From Ginglymostoma cirratum (taxonomy: Eukaryota): a stretch of DNA of 64,000 nt. Positions 54,270 to 64,000 of this stretch are shown here, one piece after another. The stretch lies in the NCBI GenBank assembly GCA_024137785.1, contig JAHRHZ010000084.1, positions 6,845,573 to 6,909,572 of the forward strand, given 5' to 3'. The notes below the pieces were generated by a model, which was not told where the DNA came from, did no database searches, and was given only the letters and a program-made list of their open reading frames with translations. The stretch's first letter is position 1. The number at the start of each line of letters is the position of its first letter. The translations under genes were made by a program, and so were the position numbers.

Positions 54270-54900
54270 AATAATTGAGTGGGAGAATATGCTGGGCCAT
54301 AAAGTTGTAGATTGCGCTGCAGTACAATTCTGCTGCTATTGATGCCCCACAGCACCTCATGGAGGCCCAGAATAAGTTGCTAGATCTGTTTTAAATCTGT
54401 CCCCCTTAAACAGTGATAGTGCCACACAACAAGATGGAGGGTATTCTCAATGTGCAGTGGTTACTCATACCAATACCGTCATGAGTAGATGCATCTGCTG
54501 CTAGCAGATTAGTAAGGATGAGACCAAGTATTATTTATCCTCCTTTCTTGGTTCCCCCACTATCTGCCACAGCCCTAGACTAGCAGTTATGTCCTATCGG
54601 ACCCGACCATCTCGATCAGTAGTGCTACTTCAGAGCCACTCTTGGTTGTCAGCATTGAAATCCACCACCTGGAGTACATTTTGTGCCCTTGCCACCTTCA
54701 GTTCTTCCTCCAAGTATTGTTCAACTTGGAGGAGCACTGATTCATCAGTACAGAGAGGATGGTATGTGATGATCAGCAGGAGGTCCTTGCCCATGTTTAA
54801 CCTGAAGTGATGATACTTCATGGGGCCCAGAGTCGAAGTTGAGAACTCCCAGGTCAATTCCTCCCCGACTGCATACCACAGCGCTACCAGCTCTGCTGAG
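54270..54900 (-). mobile_element. L2/CR1-clade endonuclease remnant, paralogous to about 11910-12550
   Basis: VLQVVDFNADNQEWL; colinear with copy 1. Confidence 0.75.
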
Positions 54901-57723
54901 TCTATCCTGCCAAAATATTTTTCAATTGTAGTCACTAACATAAGCTGTCAACATAAGCTGTTGACAACTTTTGCACGATGGAGACAGCCAAATAATGCAG
55001 ATAATTTCCTGTTCTTTTTTTTTAGCGGTATTGGCGAAGGGATAATCATGAGCTCAGAAAGCGAGAAAAACCTTCTCCTATTCCTTCAAGTGATGGGTGA
55101 GATTTTTTTAACCATGATGTTCTTGCAGGATCAATATTCTGTACAAAGCAGAAGCTGTTTTACATTACTCAACATTTAATCTTGAGACCTTTAATAGAGA
55201 AAATACTATTCAACTCTAGAAATCAAAACAAAAATCAAATTATTCGATTCTGAACTCGATAATTCTAGGAAACAAAACTAATGTGAATGTGCTAATATTT
55301 GTAAGCACGATTCCATAACTCCCAGTAGCTATCATTTAATTTCTGCTCGTGGCATTCGCACTGACCTTTCTGTTCTCGGTGTGTCGCCGGTGTTCCAGTA
55401 ATGCTCATTGATAGCTGCAGGAACAGGACCTTTTTGTCCTATTCGGGACTTTAAATTTTGACGGACGAAACACTGCACGCAGTAGCGAAATGCCACTTGA
55501 TCACATATCAAGTGCGAGATTCGAGATTCCAGATCTGTTATGAGTTCATTGAAAACCTGTGAGTGTTAAATAAAGAACTCTTATTCCTGTGTGAAGAACC
55601 ACCAAATCTCTAATCATTAACGCCAATGTGGCTTATTAAAAAAAAGGCGACAGATACTGAAATATCGTGAATATATTTCAAATATTTAATATTTGATGTA
55701 ATGTCTCCATATTTGGGATTTTCATTCCACAAATTAACATTTACCTTTGTATGATACGTTATTGATACCTGACCTGATATTAAGCTCTTTGTTAGTAATA
55801 ACCCCGTGTTGGAAATTGTCGTGCGGCTTTGTTCTTCACCTTGGAAATACCTGCAGCAATTGAGGGAAGCATCACAAATAATTATGACATACATTTGCGC
55901 CTGTGTGTGGCCATTCATTTCTGCTCAAGTGGTACCTATCTTTAACTTCTTTCGAAGTTCTTTATTGTAAGTCAGCAAATGGATAATAGTGTCATGCAAA
56001 TATGTCCAAAACTGGCCAATCACTGGGATATCATGTGGGGAAACAATTCAAGTGAGCAAACATTCTTCAACACCCAAATTGCCAGCCGAAATTCGTTGCT
56101 TTAGAACAAGCCGAAACTATGAGGAATTTCACATGTCCAAGGCAATGTTAAAGAACTCACAGTTATGGTTAGTGTGTATCATGAACCAATTATTCGTATA
56201 ACAAAACTCAGTTCCGAATTAGTTAAAATATTAGATCACCTTGCGTTTCCGAGCCCCTGTCACCCACAGGGGTTCTTGTGTTGCAGTGATAGTTTCCTCA
56301 CTTCTGATCCAACAGAGCCAAGTCACACAGGCTGTAGGAACGAATCACAACGTCTCTAAATCGGTTGATTAGAAAATAACAGGACCTGACACCTTTCCTA
56401 CCCCACATTAATATGAACAACGAGGATTCGCCCAAGAGTAATCGGGAATGGACAATAATCCTGCCTAGCTCCTAATGTTCACAATATTAGTTTTAGAAAG
56501 CAAACGGAGAGAATGATTCACGTTTTAACGATTGGCAAGAGAAAGAGAGATGTACTGAAAGTAAAGTTTTAGGGTGTGTTTACAATGTTTTGAAGATGGG
56601 AGACAAGTGGTTCATAAAACATAAGGCAAGTAAGTTATATTAAACTAGTCCCAGCCTTGAGACGTATGCTCAACACTGACGGATGCCAAGGTCTTCAAGC
56701 GGATGTTAGAAGATATTTATTAGGATGATATTAGAGTTGAGAAACTTCAGTGATGTGGAGGAAGTGGTGTTCTTGATCGAGAAGTTTAGCGGTATTCAAG
56801 ATTGTGAAAAGTTTTCGTGGCATAAACTAGCATAAATGTTTTGAAGGCATAAACTAATTAGGATAAAACATATTCTATCAGATAACCCAGTAACTAGAGG
56901 ACAGATTGTTAAAAGGCCCAGAGGTTTTTGAATTTCACAGTCGCAATGAGTCCCAGCCTAACTGTACCTGCTGAGGAACAAATGTTCGTGCAGATCCGTA
57001 GATGACGGTTACCACCGGGATTCCTGAATGACGTTCGCCTACTAATTCAGTGCAAATAATTCTATTCAGCAAACTGCCACTTGCAACAAGCCACAAGTCT
57101 GAAAAACTTGGTCTTACTTTCAGTAAAGTTCCCTTGCTCCGTGAACGCTGCACAAGCTTGTTTCTCCTCGCCGTTCCATCCCCAGGTATCACCAAACGCA
57201 TTGCTGTGATTATTTGTTGTGGTTTGAGTGGACTAATAGCTCCAAAAGAAAACGATCTGGAAATAAGTCTAATTGTCCTCATCAGCACTGAAATAGAAAA
57301 AAAAATGAATATAATTATCATTCCAATGGTTCCTGCTGGAAACTTGGGTGATCGGAGGATGTTAAAGATAATGGTGGCAAGAATCTCAGAAGTCCCAGGA
57401 TAAGTAGTTGCTTACGTAAAGAGGAATCGTTTAGATGAAGGAGCTGGAGTACTGCGGCGTGTCCCTGTGGCGACTGAAAACAAAACAAAACTGTCGATCT
57501 TCTGATGGAAACGTTTGAGCAGTAAATTAGGAGGGGACCACCGACCTAACAAACTCCCACAGGGTAGTACAACCACATCCAATACGCTGCATTAGTCATG
57601 TGATAAGTTATGTCATAATCTCAAGTTTAACATATTTAGCAATGAAACTCATTTCGCCCAAAACCAGTCAGAATTCTGTCCTCGTTTACAGCAAGTAGAC
57701 CACTCTCTTTAATCGTTTGCAAT

Positions 57724-57778
57724 ATGTCATTGAGAGCAGCGGTTCTGTTCATGGCGCTTCTGGTTATGACTTGGCCAG
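57724..57778 (+). CDS. Locus C exon 1: signal peptide
   Basis: Identical to 15773-15827, including the donor site. Confidence 0.82.
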
Positions 57779-57992
57779 GTACTCTTAAATGTTACGAAGT
57801 GCCCTCTTAGTGTAACTTAGACTGTATTTCATATTCACAGCCACTGTGCGTTGCAATGTTAGATGCTCTGTTTCTCCAATCCGATGCGCGTAATTGTTCT
57901 AAAACGTTTCTTGTATTTAATTCCTCCGTTGTTTTGTCTACTTTGTAGTCTTCAGCTATCATTACAATTCTTACTTGTTTTATTTTTAATAG

Positions 57993-58298
57993 TCACTAAA
58001 GTAACTTCGAGCAAAGTAGAACAGTTTCCCAAACTCTTGAAGTCGGTCAAAGGTGACAACGTTTCCATGTTCTGCACATTTCCCATATCTGAAACTGTTC
58101 CTGAAGCATTTTGGTGGAGACGCAATGCGGAATCTTTTCTGGAATCCGACAGTAGAAGGCGATTACATGTCCAGAAAGGAAGGGGCTCACTTCATATCAT
58201 CAATATCACTGTTGCAGACTCCGGAATGTATTATTGCAAAATAAAACATCAGCAAACTCTCATTGGAGTTGGAAGTGGCTCGATGCTGACAGTGTGCG
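57993..58298 (+). CDS. Locus C exon 2: V-J-type Ig domain
   Basis: Open frame with intact splice sites; 8 nt differences from A exon 2 by manual count. Confidence 0.9.
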
Positions 58299-58710
58299 GT
58301 AAGTGACACTTCCAGGGGCAGACAACTCTTCAGTTGTTTGGTGTAATTTATGTGACGTGAGGTTTTATAATTCGACGAAAATTCAACGATAGTGTATTCA
58401 CTTCACACCTTCATGGGTATCTCTTCCCCGTTGACTTCGCTGTACAACGGTCTTTGATTTGCTTTCGCCCGTTTTGCGCCTTTTTTCAAGATTAATTCCA
58501 CCGCTCATTTCGATCATGACTGCACAGCGCAGTTAATGTGATGAGTGCAGAAACGGTTTATATTGCGTCAAGGTAGTGAAACAGGACAACAAATCAAATT
58601 TTGGTTTGAATTAATTGATGAAATACCATAAAATAAAGAACTGCAAATGCTAGAAAACTGAAAGAAAAGAAATTGCTGGAGAAACTCAGAATGTCTGGCC
58701 GCATCTGTGT

Positions 58711-58786
58711 GAGTTAACGTTTCGAGTCCAGTGATCCTTCTTCAGAACGGTTCTGAAGAAAGGTCACTGGGCTCGAAACATCAGCT
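58711..58786. ncRNA. Back-to-back minimal hammerhead ribozyme-like cores in a palindromic Penelope-derived element
   Basis: Minus strand: GTT-CTGAAGA-AGGATCACTGGACTC-GAAAC-GTT-AAC. Plus strand: CTGAAGA-AAGGTCACTGGGCTC-GAAAC-ATC. Confidence 0.6.
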
Positions 58787-58799
58787 ACCTTTTCACTTC

Positions 58800-59085
58800 A
58801 CAGACAGCCTCAAAATAAGGGAGAGCAGATTTCGGACAGTGTCGAGGAAGGACTTCTTCATTCGAAGAGTTGTGAATCTGTGGAATTCCCTACCCAATGA
58901 AATAGTTAAGGCGTCACCTTTGAATGTTACTAAGGCACAGATCGATTTTTGAACAGTAAAGGAATTAAGGATTATGGTGAGTGAGCGGTAAGTGGAACTC
59001 AGTCCGCGAAAAGATCAGCCATGATATTATTGAATGGCGGAGTTGCCTCAACGGGCCACATGCTCCTATTTCTTATTTTCTTACA
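58800..59085 (+). mobile_element. CR1 3-prime end inserted into the palindromic element
   Basis: LKIRESRFRTVSRKDFFIRRVVNLWNSLPNEIV. The right arm of the host element resumes at about 59088 (GATGCTGCCAAACCTGC). Confidence 0.75.
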
Positions 59086-60950
59086 TTCCGATGCTGCCAA
59101 ACCTGCAGACTTTCTCCAGCAATTTCTGTTTTTGTGTCATGGAGGAAAATTCTCGATTGACCTCTAACCGAAGTCTTGGTGCTAAAATGCGAGATTGGAA
59201 AAAAATTCGATACAAAATCAAAGTACTATAGATCCTGGATGTTTGAAATACGAGTACAAATGACTTGAAACGTGTCTGAGCATCGACAGAGGTAGGACGA
59301 TGATAAGAATTAGAACACACGTAGGCCTTTCGTTCCTCAACTCTACTCAGCGACTCAATAGAATTTTGGCTGATCTGATTGTGGTCAAACGGCCTTCCCA
59401 CCGCGATATCCTTGGACGTTCTGGTTAATCAAAAACATAATTAATCTTTCGCATCCCAATCTTTCTTGAGATCAATTATAACACCTCCTACATCATTTTT
59501 ATAACAAACTATAAGACCATCCTAATAGGCATCTCCAACATGTATTCACTTTCAATTCAGGTGAACGATAGAATACCACAGCCATTAACATTCAACCAAC
59601 ACAGGGTAACTTATCAACCTGTACATTTCCCATCAAACCATTCTGGACCAAATTGTTCAAACTTTGAGATGCATATGAAGGGAAATTAATCCTGGGGATC
59701 AAGGGAATAGAATAAAACTGGACAGACGGAGTTGAGATACAGTTCAATCATAACCCAAGTGAAAGGTCGAGTCAGTTGTGGTCGTGTGGATTTAATGGGC
59801 CAATTGTTCTACTTCAACACTGCAGGGATTTTATGTTTCCGTTAATTAGAGAAATTCAAGCACAGAGTTGCCAAGCGTTTTGGCTGCGTATTTTCCAACA
59901 CTGACATGCTAGAAAGGCTTTTTAAAAAACACATGAATCGCATGTTACAGTGAGGGGGTAAGCGTTGATCTTGCCCTAAGCGTTGTATTCAATCCCCAGT
60001 CTAGAATCTTACAGGACAGTGAATTTACCCATTTGCTCTGTGGTTCACCAACCGTACTTTCTGTGATATATGCACAACAAGGATAGTCAATGAAGGACAG
60101 CACCAAACATATCTGAAAAAAAAAACCCTCCGTGCTCCTGTGTTCGTCATTTATTATTTCGATGCAACGGGACTCATGACATGAGCAAAGATAATAGTTT
60201 TTTTCTCTCGCCATGGATTTCTGTCATTTCTAAAGCAGAACCGTGGGGAAAATGGAAAAATTCTCAGCCTCATCGGCAAGAGAAGCTTGCATAAATTTGG
60301 AAATGTATAAAATATCTAACTCAAAATCAAACACCACAAACCTGCAGAGAAGGCATGTTCAGGATATTGATTGTATTAAACAACAGAACAATACAAACTC
60401 AGTATTATTACTTCCAGCTAAGCTTTGATAGCCGATCGAGAAGGGTACATGTTCACTTTAGTAATTCATTAATGTAGAATTGATATTTCAAGTAGGTGTG
60501 AAGAGTTCAGGCGAAGACAGAAAGACGAATGGATTGTTGTATCAGACTTAAAAGGTCGAATAACTTTTCTATTGGAACGGCCTAGTTCGGCTCTTAATTC
60601 TCATGTTTCTTCCAGGCAGAATCTCCTCCAGGGAAAAAATAAGTACAATAAACCGAATATAGTTTCAGAAGGGAAAATCACTCGCGATTATCTTAAGCCC
60701 TGCACTTTATCAAAGATTTTCCACCTGGGATCATCCTCACTGTGCATTGTTTGAAAAGGATCCTAACATTTAGTCGTGTATTTTCAAAAATAAATGCAAA
60801 GACCAAGGTTAAAATACGATAATAGGAAACACTATTGTCACATTAGGAATAACGTAAGGTGTGGTGAGAGTGTGGACGGAGTGGAGAGGCGGGAACAAAA
60901 GAGAATGTTAGTTAATTTTTAAAAACAAAAACTTTTACTTTCTGTTCTAG

Positions 60951-61247
60951 TTCCCCCAACCAAACTGAAAATCGTTCCCATTGAAGGAATTTCAGGGAAT
61001 TACCCGAAATTCGAATGCAAAACAACTGCCTTTTATCCGGAAGATTCAGGAATCTCCTGGCTAAGAGATGGTGTCAAAATTCAGGCTGGAATAGAAACTG
61101 TGAAAAACAAGACCGCGGATGGGCTTTATGAGGTTACTAGTTCGTTGGAAGAAACACAGCCTGTGCAGAGTGGTGTAGTTTATACCTGCCTGGTACCTCA
61201 CGAATGTCTTAAGGCGCCCGCCAGTGTCAGCTATACCTTTAATCGAG
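60951..61247 (+). CDS. Locus C exon 3: C1-set Ig domain (downstream exons not found in window)
   Basis: TTCTAG acceptor, G|GTAAG donor. Open frame VPPTKLKIVPIEGISGNYPKFECKTTAFYPED to YTCLVPHECLKAPASVSYTFNR. Confidence 0.88.
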
Positions 61248-62229
61248 GTAAGATTGAAAATATTCTGAATAGGGAGTTGGGGTGTGCATTGGACTAGCTC
61301 TAACTCGACGACATCATATAAGTGTGACCAGTGTTTATTCTCAATGCCACAGAAATGGAAACAAAACAAAGTATTTCAAGATAATTTGCAGGTGCAGGAG
61401 AGTGAATAGATCCCTGAAATGACTGGAAGCGGGCAGTTGACGTGAAAGCTGCTCAAAAGCTGAAAACTCGACAGTTTTTAATTGCTAAATTAAATGAAAG
61501 TTCAGCTAAAATAGATCTGTTTCACCTGAATAACTTAGGCAAGCTGTACATGTCTATTGTTTATCCTGTTCAGCTAATCTCCGCCAACAACGTCTTCAGT
61601 TGCCAATACCCCAAACTTCGAAAATTCCGCCTCTCTGTCTCCCGCTGTGTCTTTCCTTTTTTAAAGACGCTTCTTCATCCTTGTTTCTCTCTGTCCTAAG
61701 ACTACTTTATGTCTGGCTGACAATGCTGTGTAAAGTGTCTTAGAATTATTTTAATATGGCCAAAAGTGCAGCATAATTGAAAGGTATTGTTATTATATAT
61801 ACTCAAAGTTGCAGTCGGCATGTCCGAGAAGGCTCGAGAAGGGTGTCATGAAGCACACAAAATCCTTTCAGGTCATGGTAGGGTAAATAAGGAAAGGATA
61901 TTTCGACTGGCTGATGGTCTAGGATCAGAAAACAGTTTCAAAATAAGAGGCAGGTCATTTAGGACTGAGGTGAAGAGGAATTTTTTCAAGCAGAAACATG
62001 AGAATTCTACAGCACTTTGCCCTGCCCCATCCTCCCCACCCTAACCCCCACTCTCCCACAATGCCGGAAAAGCTGGTTTAAGTGGTGAATAGTTAAGGTG
62101 GCGAATTCGGTTCAAAGTAAGTGTGCTTCTTTGGCCCAGGTGAATAAAGCGTTTTGACAGTTGTTAAATATGTATCCTTACGGTAATTAGTGAGTATCCC
62201 ATCAAATTCCTGCATTCTATCTTGTAGAT

Positions 62230-63070
62230 ACTAGATAGATTTTGAGGAATTAGGACCCTGCAGAATCCTAATCTCTGACTTGGACAAGTGTGTGGCTGGC
62301 CCAGTCAGTTTCTTGGTTAATTTGATCCTCAGCATGTTGAATGTCGGCAGTCTAGCAATGAGATGCAAATGAATGTTAAAGGAGATAGTTAGATTTCCGT
62401 CTTGTTGGAAATGGTCATTTCCTGGCACTTAAGTGGTGCGAATGTTATTTGTCACTTATCAGCCGCAAATTGAATTATACTTTAATATTCCTTTATTTGG
62501 TCATGAACTATTTCATTTTCTGAGTAATTGCAAATGGTACTGAAAATTCTACAATCATCAGTGAACATGCACACTGTTGACTTTATGTTGGAGGCAAGGT
62601 CACGAAGAAACAAGCAAGATGGTCAGAACAGACCTTTGCCCTGTTGTTACACTGTAACATCCAGTACTGAAATAATTGATATCCAAAACATCCTTTGTTC
62701 TAGATATAACTCCAAACAGTGGCAAATTCTAATCACCTGCATCACCACCAACTCTTCAACAGCAAATCCCACCCTGTTCCCATCGATTAGATTTTCTCTA
62801 GGGCTTCTTGATGCCATACTCGGTCAAATGCAACTTCAATGTTAAGGGTTGTTAGTTTGATGCTTGACCAAATGCTATCGTGCTGTCAGAAGTTCGCACG
62901 CCGTCTGTGGGTCAAAATCCTGGATTTCTGTTCCTAACAGTATTGTGGGGCGACCTACATAACACGGGCTGCAGCAGTTCAAGAAGACAGCTCGCCACCA
63001 ACTTCTCAAGGGCAACTGGGGATGGGCAATTGGCACTGGACAGTCATCGATACCTACATCCCACATGTCA
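62230..63070. mobile_element. L2/CR1-clade fragments (minus 62230-62850, plus tail 62880-63070)
   Basis: Homologous to 10200-10820; plus-strand tail GTTCAAGAAGACAGCTCGCCACCAACTTCTCAAGGGCAAC. Confidence 0.65.
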
Positions 63071-64000
63071 GCAGAAAAAGACCAGTGGAACTCAAGTCAA
63101 ACCTCGGTGAGTAGGGTACTATTGTGCAAGTTTCACCTGATAGCACTGTCCGTGAAAACTGATCTTCCTGCAGAAACCAGAGTTCGCGTCGTGGGACGTT
63201 AACTGGTCATATTTCCTGTGAGTTGTTTTTGTGTAGACAGGGCTTACCTAGCTCCAGCCCCACACTGTGTTATCACTTTTCACATCACTGTGTAGACGCC
63301 AGTGTGGTAGCCTAACAGAAAAGGCTTGGCCTGCATCGTTCAGGAAACAAGTCTACAGCGTTGCTGCAAGAATATCGTCGGGGCAAAGCCCTTTCAGTAG
63401 CAATCATGGCTCACACCTGAAACAACTTACATACTCACAGCCTGTTGATATGAAGAGGTCTCTCTGCTCCAGTGATGAAAATCATAGGCTCGCTATACTT
63501 TTTGAAGAAAAAATCGTTGTGATAATAGCTGATTCATATATAATGGACAAAGCTAGCATACGACTGGGGTTCATTGAGAGCAAATATTTGACGGGAACAA
63601 TCTTGACTACTAAACTTCTGCAATGATGTCGCTCCTTCAGATCAAGTTGCAGCCAATTGGAATAGGATCTGACTGATTGCGCTATTACATATGCCATAAG
63701 AACCGTGAACTCACATTCGTGAACTTTACAAATGCACAGTTGGGAGTGCAGTTTCACTCAATAACATCCAGTGCTGTGCTGCGAGCTCATTCACACGTCA
63801 TGTTGTTTATATCTCCTTATGCGCCACAATGTTCACTCATTTCCTGAGGATAGAACTGCGAAGGCTAACTGAAAGTATTACTCACATTTTAATGGGATGT
63901 GGGGGTTGTTGGCTGGAGGACATGTTGGTTTGTTGAAGTAGCAGACAGTTGGAAGCTCAGGGGTCATATTTGCAGACAAAACTTAGGTGTTCTGTAAAAC

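Larger units (their letters stand above)
50867..62070 (+). repeat. Segmental duplication copy 2 (upstream region plus exons 1-3 of locus C)
   Basis: Begins GACAATGTGAAGTGGTGCTGA (compare 6082). Homology ends after CAATGCCGGAAA (compare about 18930). Confidence 0.9.

Noticed and set aside
1-64000. CRISPR arrays, prokaryotic operons, rRNA/tRNA genes, intact autonomous transposons
   Set aside because: No regularly spaced repeats or RNA gene signatures were seen, and all RT/endonuclease frames are broken by stops and frameshifts.

Overview
Repeat-rich eukaryotic (vertebrate) DNA. The CR1/L2 and Penelope repeat content suggests a cartilaginous fish such as a shark (inference). The window holds a tandem cluster of three same-strand immunoglobulin-superfamily receptor loci. 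Locus A (15773-27520) is a complete 7-exon gene assembled by hand from GT-AG sites and exon phases. It encodes a 352-aa type I membrane protein: leader, a compact germline-joined V-J-type domain, a C1-set domain, an uncharged TM, and a cytoplasmic tail with four tyrosine motifs (VVYATV, IVYFQT, LTYAAL, ALYAEV). This is an antigen-receptor-like ectodomain on a SIRP-alpha-like inhibitory tail. Locus B (37127-40945) is a pseudogene with lesions in the leader, V and C1 exons. Locus C (57724-61247 and beyond) is an intact paralog of A inside a ~12 kb segmental duplication; its TM/tail exons are not visible in the window. A and C are ~97% identical in the V exon and near-identical in the promoter and leader, but only ~89% identical in C1. 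This points to a gene-conversion tract of the kind seen in paired receptors. The remainder is decayed CR1/L2 LINEs, SINEs, and Penelope-like elements with their palindromic derivatives carrying minimal hammerhead-ribozyme cores. No prokaryotic features (CRISPR, operons, rRNA/tRNA) were found.
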